From Planctomycetota bacterium (lineage in GTDB: Bacteria > Planctomycetota > OFTM77): a DNA stretch of 64,000 bases. Both the position numbers and the translations under genes were made by a program. Every line of letters begins with the position of its first letter. Within the stretch, counting starts at the first letter, position 1. The DNA is taken from NCBI GenBank assembly GCA_040219065.1, contig JAVJTD010000031.1, forward strand, positions 32,236 to 96,235, written 5' to 3'. Below the pieces are notes generated by a model. It had not been told where the DNA came from. It saw only the letters and a list, made by a program, of their open reading frames with translations, and ran no database searches. Shown in pieces: positions 34,758 to 44,340 of this stretch.

Positions 34758-37205
34758 TCAGAGCTCCATTGGGGCGGTGTCGAGGAGGCCCGGATCGACG
34801 CAGCGAATCACCGTCTCGAGGTCGAGGATGTCGGTGACCGTCCCGTGGATCACGGCCGCGCCTCCCACTCCCGGTCGGCCCGATCGCTTCTCGATGCGGA
34901 TACGCTCGTCGACGATGTCATCGATCTGATCCACGATGAGCCCGATGCACTGCTCGTCGCGGGAGTACACGATGATCTGGACCACGTCCTGCTCGGCTTC
35001 GATCGGTGCGCCGTAGCCACCGCCCACGGCATGCGCCAATGAGATCAGAGGCATGATGCGGCCGCGATACTGCACGACGAGGCGATCGCCGCTGTTCTCG
35101 ACCCGCGAGGCGTCGAACTCCTCGAGCCGGTTGACCAGTCCGAGCGGGATCGCGAAGCGGCCTTGCTCTCCGACCGTGACCAGAAGCAACGTGTGGCGCT
35201 CGAGCGCCTCCTCCTCGGCCGGTGGCTTGGCGACGACCAAACGCTTGTCGCCGACCTCGGAGACGACCTTGCCTTGCTGAGCGACACCGAGCACATCGAG
35301 GATGAGCGAGACCGAGCCATCCCCGAGGATCGTCGCGCCTGCGAAGACCGGGATGTCCTTGAGCGTCTTGTCGAGCGGCTTGACGACGATCTCCTGCGTG
35401 TCATTGATCGTGTCGACGATCATGCCGAACTGCCGATCGTCCGCCCGCAAGACCACCATGTTGATGGAAGTCGACTCCTTATCTTCGGGCAGCCTGAGGA
35501 GCTGGTTCAGGTAGACGAGCGGCAAGAGCGTGCCGCGGAGCCGGTAGACCGGCGTGCCGTGAATGCGCTCGATCGCGGTGCGCGCTTGCTCGCCGTCGAG
35601 ACGAACGAGCTCGAGGAGACTCACCTGCGGGATCGCGAAGCGCTCGCCGCCACTGGTCACCATCAAGGCCGGGATGATGGCCAGGGTCAGTGGGATCTTG
35701 ATCTTGAGCGTCGTGCCGCGGCCCACCTCCGAAGAGATGTCGAGCGAGCCACCGATCTTCTCGATGTTCGTGCGGACGACGTCCATGCCGACGCCGCGCC
35801 CGGAGACCTTCGTCACCGCCTCGGCGGTCGAGAAGCCGGGACGGAAGATCAGGTGGATCAGCTCGCGATCGGTCATCGTGCTGGCCTGATCCGGAGTGAT
35901 CAGCCCCTTCGAGAGCCCCTTCTCCCGCATCTTCGCCGGATTGATGCCGCCGCCGTCGTCGACGATCTCGATGTTGACCTGGCCTCCCTCGTGGAAGGCG
36001 TTCAGGCGAAGCACGCCCTCGGCGGGCTTGCTGTTCTCGACCCTTACCTCGGGCTTCTCGATGCCGTGGTCCACCGAGTTCCGCACGATGTGCGTCAGGG
36101 GGTCCTTGATCGCCTCGATGATCGTTCGGTCGAGCTCGGTCTCCTTGCCCTCCATCTCGACGCGCACTTGCTTGCCGCACATCACCGCGAGGTCGCGGAC
36201 GACGCGCGGAAACTTGCCCCAGACATTGCCGATCGGCTGCATGCGCGTCTTCATCACGCCCTCTTGCAGCTCGGTGGTGATCAGGTTCAATCGCTGCGAC
36301 GTGGCGAGCAGCTCCGGCTCGCTGGTGTCGCTCGCGTACTGGAGGACCTGGTTGCGGGCGAGCACGAGCTCCCCGACCTGGTTCATGAGCTTGTCGAGCA
36401 ACCCGACGTCGACGCGGATGCTGGCCTCGGACATTCCCGGGCCGCCGGCCTTGGTCGGCTTGACGGGAGCGGGCTCTGCAGCGGCCGGCTTTACCGGCGG
36501 CGGTGGCGTCGGCGCATCGGGCACCGAAGCTTCTCTGGCGGGCGCACTCGAAGAGGTACCAGCGGTGGATGCCGCGGGCTTGTTCTGGTTGAACATCACC
36601 AAAGAGCTCGCCGGGCCGCCAGCCGTCGCGGCCGGCTCCGCTTGTGGCTTCGGCTTGTTCTGATGGAACATCACCAAGGAGCTCGAAGGCGCAGAGCTCG
36701 GGGCCGGCTCGTCGGTGGGGGTGACCTCGGCGACGGGCTCCGGCTCGGCCGCAGGAAGAGCGGACGCCGCGGGCTCGGGCGAAGCCTCCGCAGCAGGAAC
36801 GGGAGCAGCCGGTTGATCGGCGTTGAGACGCGTGAGCTCGGTGACGAGCTCGGCATACTCGGCGTCACCGTCGGTGCTGGTCTCCTCGATGTTGCCGAGC
36901 ATCTCTCGTACGGCATCGACCATGCCGAGCAGCGCGGTCGTGATCTCGGGAGTCAAGGTCAGCTCGCCGTCGCGCAGCTTGCTCAGCAAGTTCTCTCCGA
37001 CATGGGTCACCCGCTCGAGGTTCTCGAAGGCGAGGAAGCCGGCAGTTCCCTTGATCGTGTGGATCGTCCGGAAGACGGCCGCCAGCGTGTCCCGATGAGT
37101 CGGATCCTGCTCCAACGCGACGAAGTCGGCGTCGAGCTGATCGAGGTTCTCGTAGCTCTCGACCAGGAACTCCTTGAGGACATCATCCATGTCGCTCAGG
37201 CTCAT
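34758..37205 (-). CDS. cheA: CheA histidine kinase (Hpt, P/A-rich linker, dimerisation, HATPase, two C-terminal CheW-like domains)
   Basis: Hpt His in FRTIHTIKGTAGFL. HATPase G-boxes (DDGGGI, GRGVGMDVV). Two CheW-like P5 modules. Confidence 0.9.
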   Translation of the reverse strand: MSLSDMDDVLKEFLVESYENLDQLDADFVALEQDPTHRDTLAAVFRTIHTIKGTAGFLAFENLERVTHVGENLLSKLRDGELTLTPEITTALLGMVDAVREMLGNIEETSTDGDAEYAELVTELTRLNADQPAAPVPAAEASPEPAASALPAAEPEPVAEVTPTDEPAPSSAPSSSLVMFHQNKPKPQAEPAATAGGPASSLVMFNQNKPAASTAGTSSSAPAREASVPDAPTPPPPVKPAAAEPAPVKPTKAGGPGMSEASIRVDVGLLDKLMNQVGELVLARNQVLQYASDTSEPELLATSQRLNLITTELQEGVMKTRMQPIGNVWGKFPRVVRDLAVMCGKQVRVEMEGKETELDRTIIEAIKDPLTHIVRNSVDHGIEKPEVRVENSKPAEGVLRLNAFHEGGQVNIEIVDDGGGINPAKMREKGLSKGLITPDQASTMTDRELIHLIFRPGFSTAEAVTKVSGRGVGMDVVRTNIEKIGGSLDISSEVGRGTTLKIKIPLTLAIIPALMVTSGGERFAIPQVSLLELVRLDGEQARTAIERIHGTPVYRLRGTLLPLVYLNQLLRLPEDKESTSINMVVLRADDRQFGMIVDTINDTQEIVVKPLDKTLKDIPVFAGATILGDGSVSLILDVLGVAQQGKVVSEVGDKRLVVAKPPAEEEALERHTLLLVTVGEQGRFAIPLGLVNRLEEFDASRVENSGDRLVVQYRGRIMPLISLAHAVGGGYGAPIEAEQDVVQIIVYSRDEQCIGLIVDQIDDIVDERIRIEKRSGRPGVGGAAVIHGTVTDILDLETVIRCVDPGLLDTAPMEL

Positions 37206-37632
37206 CGGTGCTCTCTCTCCGTCAAAGCTGGGCGCGACGCAACGCGACCCAGGCCTTCCTCACCCGCGGTGACCACCTCGGCTCGTTTCGACTCGAGACG
37301 TGGGAAGAAGAGAGACCACCCCCTCCAGGGAGAGTTTCCCGGCTGCCCACACCCTTGGCCTTATCGGCCAAACTCGCCGCGGACTTTGCCCTTTGTTCGC
37401 AACCTGTCGAAACCCTGCGGCAACCACGGACGACGGTGCCTGCGGATCTTCTGCGACCTCCGAGAGCTTCTCGCCGAGAGCACGGCGCGGGTGTGGAGTG
37501 CACGGTTGAGGTTTTGGGGTTTTGAAGTTCTTGGAGATTGTCTGTCGCAACTCCGCGAGTCGGGTCGTTCTCTCCAGTGGGTAAACGGAATGGCGGCGAG
37601 AGCCGCCGGGAAATCAGATTGGAGAGAGTCTG

Positions 37633-37974
37633 ATGAACTGGATCGCATTCTGTCTGTTGTCCCTGCTGCCCCTGTCGGCGCCGACGCCTCGGCCGGTGGA
37701 CAATCAGCCCTGCATTCTGAAGCTGAACCTGACCACTGGCGCGTTCATGTGCTTCGATGCCGACTGCACGCCGTGCGACGAGCTCGAGGTGACGATGGAG
37801 GGCACGACGATCACACGCTGCTCGTGTAGCGGCGGCGGCTCCTACGACGGGACCTGCTGGGGCAAAGGTGAGACGGTCGCCGGACAGTCGACGCTCATCT
37901 GCATCGCAGGCACGAGCTGCAACGACTGTGACTTCGACGCGGATGGCACTTGGAAGTGGTGCATCTGCCAATGA
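37633..37974 (+). CDS. secreted Cys-rich mini-protein (113 aa, 13 Cys)
   Basis: Signal peptide MNWIAFCLLSLLPLSAPTP followed by a Cys-dense mature region (CSCSGGGSYDGTCWG...CNDCDFDADGTWKWCICQ). Confidence 0.45.
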   Translation: MNWIAFCLLSLLPLSAPTPRPVDNQPCILKLNLTTGAFMCFDADCTPCDELEVTMEGTTITRCSCSGGGSYDGTCWGKGETVAGQSTLICIAGTSCNDCDFDADGTWKWCICQ

Positions 37975-37999
37975 CTTTGGGAAGAAGGAGAGAGCAACG

Positions 38000-38653
38000 A
38001 TGACCAAGTTGATGATCGTGACGGCGGCAATGTTGGCCGCTCTCGGATCGAGTGGACCACTCTTCATCGAAGAAGAGCCGCCCGCTCCCGACCCTTCGGA
38101 GTTCGTCGAGTTTCGCTACGACGCCGACCCGAGCCTTGGCTTCCTCGGAGAGTGGCAAGGTGAGGACCTTCGCGAGGTGACTTCGGTCGAAGAGGAACCG
38201 GGACGAGTTCGGGTCCATTGGATTCAACTCGACCGAGCCCGATTCGTGGTCGACTCGGCGTTGGTCGGAGAGCGATTTCAGCGTGGACAGAGAGTCGAAG
38301 TCGACGTTCCCTCATCACTCCGTCTCGCGTTGACAGTGAATCCCGAGGGCGAGGTCGCGCCGAGGATCGACTACCGGGCGGAAGCGGACCTCGCGTCTCC
38401 GGAAGGTCATCCCGCCGCCCTCGGGACGCGGAAGTCGAGGCAGGTCGACGGGAGCACCCATCGAATCTCGAAGGCGGTCTACATCTCCGATCGGGAGAAG
38501 GTGGTCGGCTACCAAGCCTCGCCCGGCACCCTGACCATCGAGGAGAACGCCGTGCGCTTTGGGGTCGAGCTCGAGGTGACCGAGCCCTACGGCCTATTGA
38601 TGGCACGCCGGGCCAACGGTGACCTCTACTTCTGGCTCGTGCCTGGCAACTGA
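38000..38653 (+). CDS. secreted hypothetical protein (217 aa)
   Basis: GAAGGAG RBS upstream and signal peptide MTKLMIVTAAMLAALGSSG. No recognisable domain. Confidence 0.45.
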   Translation: MTKLMIVTAAMLAALGSSGPLFIEEEPPAPDPSEFVEFRYDADPSLGFLGEWQGEDLREVTSVEEEPGRVRVHWIQLDRARFVVDSALVGERFQRGQRVEVDVPSSLRLALTVNPEGEVAPRIDYRAEADLASPEGHPAALGTRKSRQVDGSTHRISKAVYISDREKVVGYQASPGTLTIEENAVRFGVELEVTEPYGLLMARRANGDLYFWLVPGN

Positions 38654-38737
38654 GCTTTCGCTTCCAGGGAAGAAGGAAAAGGGCCCGAGTGCCTCAGCAC
38701 TCGGGCCCTCGCTTTCCTGGTTCCGAGCCCGACCGAT

Positions 38738-41074
38738 TCAGAACGGCAGGCTGACCTCGATGTCGTCCGAGCCGACGCCGAGCGGTTGCTCTTGAACCTC
38801 TCCGTTCGATTCCCAACGAAGCAGGTACGAGCCCGCGGCGAGAGTCCGAGCGACCGTATGGAGCTTGTTCCTCGGAATGAACGGGACCGACGCACAGACG
38901 ACGTCGTCCGAAGATCGGACGATGAAGAGCCGGCCCGGCTCCGCGGAGACCGGGAGGTCTGCCACGAACTTCACCGTGTGGAACTGACTGGGGATCTCGA
39001 GATCGATCGCCGCTGGCAAGGGTCCCCCCTCGAGCTTGCCGACGGGCATGGCGAGGTGATCGGCTCCAGCCTCGGCCGGAGAAGGTGCCCAGTAAAGAGT
39101 CCCCAAGGCGTTCTGCTCGAGTGCCAGCTTACCTCCGGACTCCGCAACGATTCGCTGCGGGTTATTGCTCCGCTCGAAGTACACCGAGCCATCGGAGACA
39201 GGGATACCGGCCATGCGCTTGGTGATTGGAACCGAAAGCATCTGAGCCTGCAGCGAGATCGTCCCGAGATCCTGGCCCAAGGAGCTTTCCAAATTCAAGG
39301 CGCACGTGGTGACCTCGTATCCGGGAGCTCGGATCTCCAGCTTGCTCTCTCCGAGCGGGACATCGGACAGAGTGAAGAGACCGTTGCTGACGCCGAGGAG
39401 CTCGCTCACCTCTCGGCCCCGATTGCGGTCCCAGATCAGCTCAACCTCGGGTACCGTCGTGATCGGAGTATTGGATTCGGAGTCGATGAGCTCGAAGGTC
39501 ACCGGACCGAAGCCATCGGTGAGGTATTGAGTCGGAAGGACGAAGCTCAGCGTGGCCCCCGGCAACGAGCTCAGCGGCTGTGAGCGAACGATCCGGCTCT
39601 TGAACATCGCGAATAGCGTGATCGGCGGAAGCTGATGAAGCTCCAGCACCCGTCCGCCAGCCGTCGGTGAATACGTGTATCGACTGGAATCGCCGACGAT
39701 GAGGCTCTCCGCAGAGGATTCCATCGAGGAGCGCCAAGTCCCGGGCTGCGGCTCCGCCGGCGAGGCGAGGAAGCCGATGCTCGCGATGTGGTCCCGGAGA
39801 TACGGACTCGCTCCGATCTGGTCCAGGTAGCTGGTCCAGAGCTGACCGGACTCGGTCACGAGCTGCACCGAGAATGAATGGATCGCATCGAATCGGATTC
39901 GAATTCGGCCGGGATCCGCGGGATCCGAAACGGTCCACTGGACGCTCGATTGCAGGTAACCAGCGCTCGTCTCGAGCGTCCCCGTGGTACCCACGACATT
40001 CTCGAAGACCACGACGCCGGACTTGTCGGTCACACCCGACATCGATTCCCCTTCCGGCGACTCGAGCTGAACCTGCAGTCCCGCCACCCGGCGCCGAGTA
40101 TTCGCCCGATCGACCAAGATGAACTCCAGGCGCATCGGATCATGACTCGCAGCCATGGTGCCACCGCCCGGAAGATCGCTACGACCCGGCACCGAGGCGG
40201 CATCCGTGGAGGAGACGGAGGGAGCGCTCGGCTCGGGCACCAGTGTCGCGCTCGAGAAGGGCCCAGAGCTCGTCACGTCGGGCTCGGGGGCTAGAGTATC
40301 GCGAGAGGAGCCACTTCCGAGCTCAATGGGCTCGCCCGGCTGTTCGAGGACCTTCGAACTGATCGCGACGATCGAAACGATGCCCAAGACGCTCGCCGCG
40401 ACCCAGCCCACGATCTTCGGGATCGAAGTCGAGGTCGAGCTGGCGACGCCCAGCCCTTTGGAGATCCTTCGGATCGCGACCAGATCGCCCGGCGCGAGCA
40501 GCGGCACCAGGGCCGACAACCAGACCTGCCGGTCTCCATTCGATCGATCGTCCAACCGCCGACGGAATTCCTTGAGTCCTCGATCGAGCCGAGACTTGAT
40601 CGCCTCTCGGCCGACTCCCTCCCGATTCGCGATCTCTTGGAGCGAGAGTCCTTCGAAGAAGCGGGCGACCAAGGTCCGCTGATAGATCTCCCCCATGGCG
40701 TCGAGCTGATCGAGCAGCAACCGATGCGTCTCGAGCTGCTCCTGCGCCGAGACGACTCGATCCTCCTCTTCGGACCTCTCGGCCACCAACAGGAATTGGG
40801 ACCGATGCTTCTTGGCACGCATCTGGTCCCGAAGGTGTCTCAAGAAGACTCGATACAGCACCTTGCGCAACCAGGCCCGCAACTGACTCTGGTTCTCGAT
40901 CGATGGCGGCGACTTCAGTGCCCGCAGGTACGTGTCTTGAAGGATCTCCTCAGCACTTTCCACGTCCCCCACGAGATGGATCGCGAATCGACGCAGGGCC
41001 TCCTGATGATCCTCGAGCATTTGGGCTTCGAAGCCGACTGCTCTGGCCAGCCCGGCCTTTCGACTGTGCACCAT
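38738..41074 (-). CDS. ECF sigma-70 factor fused to a TM segment and a roughly 500-aa extracytoplasmic domain (sigma/anti-sigma-like fusion)
   Basis: The N-terminal roughly 190 aa carry sigma-70 region 2 (AEEILQDTYLRAL) and region 4 (LSLQEIANREGVGREAIKSRLDRG). A single TM (IVGWVAASVLGIVSIVAI) is followed by a large beta-rich C-terminal domain. Confidence 0.6.
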   Translation of the reverse strand: MVHSRKAGLARAVGFEAQMLEDHQEALRRFAIHLVGDVESAEEILQDTYLRALKSPPSIENQSQLRAWLRKVLYRVFLRHLRDQMRAKKHRSQFLLVAERSEEEDRVVSAQEQLETHRLLLDQLDAMGEIYQRTLVARFFEGLSLQEIANREGVGREAIKSRLDRGLKEFRRRLDDRSNGDRQVWLSALVPLLAPGDLVAIRRISKGLGVASSTSTSIPKIVGWVAASVLGIVSIVAISSKVLEQPGEPIELGSGSSRDTLAPEPDVTSSGPFSSATLVPEPSAPSVSSTDAASVPGRSDLPGGGTMAASHDPMRLEFILVDRANTRRRVAGLQVQLESPEGESMSGVTDKSGVVVFENVVGTTGTLETSAGYLQSSVQWTVSDPADPGRIRIRFDAIHSFSVQLVTESGQLWTSYLDQIGASPYLRDHIASIGFLASPAEPQPGTWRSSMESSAESLIVGDSSRYTYSPTAGGRVLELHQLPPITLFAMFKSRIVRSQPLSSLPGATLSFVLPTQYLTDGFGPVTFELIDSESNTPITTVPEVELIWDRNRGREVSELLGVSNGLFTLSDVPLGESKLEIRAPGYEVTTCALNLESSLGQDLGTISLQAQMLSVPITKRMAGIPVSDGSVYFERSNNPQRIVAESGGKLALEQNALGTLYWAPSPAEAGADHLAMPVGKLEGGPLPAAIDLEIPSQFHTVKFVADLPVSAEPGRLFIVRSSDDVVCASVPFIPRNKLHTVARTLAAGSYLLRWESNGEVQEQPLGVGSDDIEVSLPF

Positions 41075-41300
41075 GTGTCTCCTCCTCCTCGATGGACAGG
41101 AGCCAACGACTCTCCAACTTCCCCCTCTCGGTGAAGCTCTCCCATACTCCCTGGAATCCCGATGGCGAGGAAACGGGGGCAGAGAATCGAGCGGGGGCGA
41201 TCGTCCCGTCTCTGAAGTCTACTCAAAGGCCCGGACCGAGGAGCTCCCTTTTCCCTCCACCCGCGGTCGCACGGGCGCCGAAGAGAGAAAAACTTCTCTC

Positions 41301-41786
41301 ATGAGAAAATTTTCTCTCGCGCTCTCGCCCGTTCCCACGTCTCATCGAGCGACGGAAGCGAATGGACCGAGACCACAGGAGCCTCTCGTGACCGATCCTC
41401 AAAACCTCAGTCGCCGCGAGCGACAGATCATGGACATCGTCTACGAGCTCGGCCAGGCGACCTCCGCCGAGATCCTCGAGCGCCTCCCCGATCCCCCCAG
41501 CGCCGCTTCCGTCCGGACGCTGCTCCGCATCCTCGAAGAGCGCGGGCACCTCCGCCACACCCCGGACGGACCGCGCTACGTCTATCACCCCACCGTCCCG
41601 CGCAACCGCGCCAGCCGCTCCGCGCTGCGCCACGTCTTGCGGACATTCTTCGAGAATCGCGTCACGGGCGTCGTCGAGACCCTCCTCGACATCGAGGGCA
41701 AGAACCTCTCTCAAGAGGAGGTCGCCCGGCTCGCCGAGCTCATCGAGCACATCCAGGAGACCGAGGAGCAGGAGGACGATCGATGA
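41301..41786 (+). CDS. BlaI/MecI/CopY-family transcriptional repressor
   Basis: Winged-helix LSRRERQIMDIVYELGQATSAEILERL...SVRTLLRILEERGHL. The start is uncertain, with an alternative GTG at 41388. Its stop overlaps the downstream BlaR1-like gene. Confidence 0.7.
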   Translation: MRKFSLALSPVPTSHRATEANGPRPQEPLVTDPQNLSRRERQIMDIVYELGQATSAEILERLPDPPSAASVRTLLRILEERGHLRHTPDGPRYVYHPTVPRNRASRSALRHVLRTFFENRVTGVVETLLDIEGKNLSQEEVARLAELIEHIQETEEQEDDR

Positions 41787-44242
41787 CCTTCGATGGCGCC
41801 CTTGCTTGGACACCGCTCGTTCTTGCCCTGAAGGTCAGCCTCCTCGTCTCGGTCCTGTGGCTCCTTCACCCTTGGCTTCGCCGCAGCACCGCCCGCACCC
41901 GCGCCCTCGCGACCACGGCCACCCTCGCCGGTGCCCTCCTCGTCCCCATGACCGGTTGGCTGCCTCGCTGGGAGCTCCCCCTCGTCACGCTCGAGAGCCC
42001 GGCTCCTGACCCGCTCCCCATCGCGATACTTCCTGAGGAGGTCTTCACGGAGGGCGCCATCGAGCCGATCGGGCCACAGGTCGCGCCGCAAGTCTCGTCA
42101 GAAGGCCCTGCCTCGAGCCTCTCACTCGGCGTCGGCCTCGAGACCATCTGGTGGCTCGGCTCCAGCCTCTCACTCCTGCTCATCGCTTCGGGGCTGCTGC
42201 TCGCGACGCGTTGGAAACACCGAGCGACTCCGGTCCGCTGCCCGCTCTGGCTCGCGGACCTCGAGCGGCTGCGCCTCCGGCTGGGAGTCCGCCGGGCGGT
42301 CGACCTGCGGTCCGGCACTCACGTTCCCGGACCGCTCACGTTCGGTCACCTCCGCCCGACGATCCTCGTTCCGACTGACCATCACGAGTGGTCGCCCGAG
42401 CGCCGGGAGATCGTCCTCCTCCACGAGCTCGCTCACGTGCGTCACGGTGACTGGCTCGCCCAGCTCATCGCCCGCGCCGCCCGCGCTCTCTACTGGTTCC
42501 ACCCGCTCGTCCGACGTGCCGCTGCGCAGTGGCAAGTCGATCGCGAGCTCGCCTGCGACGCCGCCGTCGTCGCCGCCGGCATCCGACCCTCGCGCTACGC
42601 CTCCGAGCTCCTCGCGTTGGCTCAAATCGAGCCGCCGCGAGCGAACGCCCGAACACTGGGCCTGTGGATGGCCCATCCTCGAAAGCTGGAAGGAAGAATC
42701 ATGGCACTCCGACACGCAGTCGGTGCACCGCGCCGCTCGCGAGCGCTCTACTGGCTCGCCTTCACGGGTCTCTTCGCCATCGGCATCGGAACGCTCCAGC
42801 CGTGGGCGGCCGCCCAGGACGATGACCACCGCGTCGTCTGGGAAAGCGCCTCCGGTGAGCAGGTCGTCCTGGATACCTCGGACGGGAACACCGTCATCTT
42901 GATCCGCCGTGACGGGGAGGACCTGCGGCGCATCGAGCTGAAGGGAGACCCTGCCGAGATCGAAGGGGACGCGAGATACGCCATGCGCACTCGCAAGAGT
43001 GACGACGGGCACACCGTCCACGAATGGATCGTCCCCGAAGCCGACGACGGCCGAGCCGTCCGAGAGTGGCTCGTTCCCGACTCCGAGGACGGTCAGACGG
43101 TCTGGCGTTTGGCGAGGCCAAGAGCCGTTGGCGAGCAGGATCGATTCCCGTCCTCCGGCGAGGTGCAAATCGATGGAGAGACCATGCGCTACCGGAGTCG
43201 CCCGACTGAGTGGCCCTCGGGGCAAGTTCGCTCCGACCAAGAGGTCATCGAGTATCGCTCGGTTCCCCGGCCTTCGAGCCCCGACGGGTCCAACGACGTC
43301 TACTGGTACGACGACCAGTGGCGGACGATGCAAGACTCCGAGCGATACGAGGTGATCATCGAGAGCTCTGGTGAGTCGGGCCGGACCCGTCGCTACGTCG
43401 TCGACGAGAAGGGGCGCCCCGTACCCGCGCCGAAAGCCGCCCCCCGCGCTCGCCGCGCCATTCGCGACTCCGACGGGCCCTCCTCGAATGAGCCACAGCC
43501 GCGGAGCCGCGTGCGCTTCCAGGATCGCGATGAGGCCTGGCGGCCCCGTTTGCGAACGGATCTCTGGGAAGAGGCCCCGCAACCCAACCCCCAAGAGTCT
43601 CCGCGCATCGAGCGAGCCCCGCGGATAAACAGAGCTCCGCGTGTCGAAAGGGCCCCGCGTATCGAGCGTGCCCCGCGGATAAATAGAGCGCCTCGCATCG
43701 AGCGAGCCCCGCGTGTCGAGCGTGCCCCGCAGATCAATAGAGCGCCTCGCATCGAGCGAGCCCCGCGTCGTGCCCCGTCTCGCGAGGCCGTTCGGTCGTC
43801 GCAGCAGGACATGGGCATCAATAGGCGTCAGCCGAGCGCGATCCGTCGACCGGCGATCATTCCGGACACCGAGCCCGAGCCACGCGCTCTGCGCCTTCCA
43901 TCTTCTGCTCCTCGCGCCCGCTCAATCTACCGCACCCAGCCTCCGCAGCCATCACCCTCGCCTCGCCCGCAAGTCTACTTCCGTAGTCCGGCACCCTCGA
44001 TTGACACGGCTCCTGCGCCACCTCGCGTCATGCGCTTTCAAGCGCCGCCGGTCGAGACGCCCTCGGCGCCTCGGAGCCGCTACTTCCGCAACTCGGAGAC
44101 GCTTCCCGAGCCGGCTCCGGTCCAGCCCCGCGCATTGCGCCGCGGTGTGCCGGGCGCTCCTGAGCGCATTCGCGAGGATCGCCCCGAGCCGACTCCAGTA
44201 AAGCCGAAGGGCAAGATCGTTCGCGCCAACACGATGCGCTGA
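41783..44242 (+). CDS. BlaR1/MecR1-like M56 peptidase-domain membrane sensor with a long repetitive C-terminal region
   Basis: HEXXH in LLHELAHVRHGDW within a polytopic N-terminal region. The C-terminal half is low-complexity, with about 10 tandem RAPR(I/V)(E/N) hexapeptides. Confidence 0.7.
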   Translation: MTFDGALAWTPLVLALKVSLLVSVLWLLHPWLRRSTARTRALATTATLAGALLVPMTGWLPRWELPLVTLESPAPDPLPIAILPEEVFTEGAIEPIGPQVAPQVSSEGPASSLSLGVGLETIWWLGSSLSLLLIASGLLLATRWKHRATPVRCPLWLADLERLRLRLGVRRAVDLRSGTHVPGPLTFGHLRPTILVPTDHHEWSPERREIVLLHELAHVRHGDWLAQLIARAARALYWFHPLVRRAAAQWQVDRELACDAAVVAAGIRPSRYASELLALAQIEPPRANARTLGLWMAHPRKLEGRIMALRHAVGAPRRSRALYWLAFTGLFAIGIGTLQPWAAAQDDDHRVVWESASGEQVVLDTSDGNTVILIRRDGEDLRRIELKGDPAEIEGDARYAMRTRKSDDGHTVHEWIVPEADDGRAVREWLVPDSEDGQTVWRLARPRAVGEQDRFPSSGEVQIDGETMRYRSRPTEWPSGQVRSDQEVIEYRSVPRPSSPDGSNDVYWYDDQWRTMQDSERYEVIIESSGESGRTRRYVVDEKGRPVPAPKAAPRARRAIRDSDGPSSNEPQPRSRVRFQDRDEAWRPRLRTDLWEEAPQPNPQESPRIERAPRINRAPRVERAPRIERAPRINRAPRIERAPRVERAPQINRAPRIERAPRRAPSREAVRSSQQDMGINRRQPSAIRRPAIIPDTEPEPRALRLPSSAPRARSIYRTQPPQPSPSPRPQVYFRSPAPSIDTAPAPPRVMRFQAPPVETPSAPRSRYFRNSETLPEPAPVQPRALRRGVPGAPERIREDRPEPTPVKPKGKIVRANTMR
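43601..43785 (+). repeat. tandem 18-bp in-frame repeats encoding (E/N)RAPR(I/V) units
   Basis: ATCGAGCGAGCCCCGCGG-like units are reiterated about 10 times in the nucleotide sequence. Confidence 0.75.
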
Positions 44243-44340
44243 TCACCTCTTTCCACTCACCTCCGAGCGTCTGACAGAGGCGGAGCACCCGCAAGAGTGC
44301 TCCGCTTTCTCTTTGGCTCCGCTTCAACTGGGAGAGCGCA

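Noticed and set aside
43601-43785. Tandem DNA repeats as a non-coding repeat or CRISPR-like array.
   Set aside because: They are in-frame within a continuous 819-codon ORF with a clear M56 domain upstream. They are coding low-complexity repeats.
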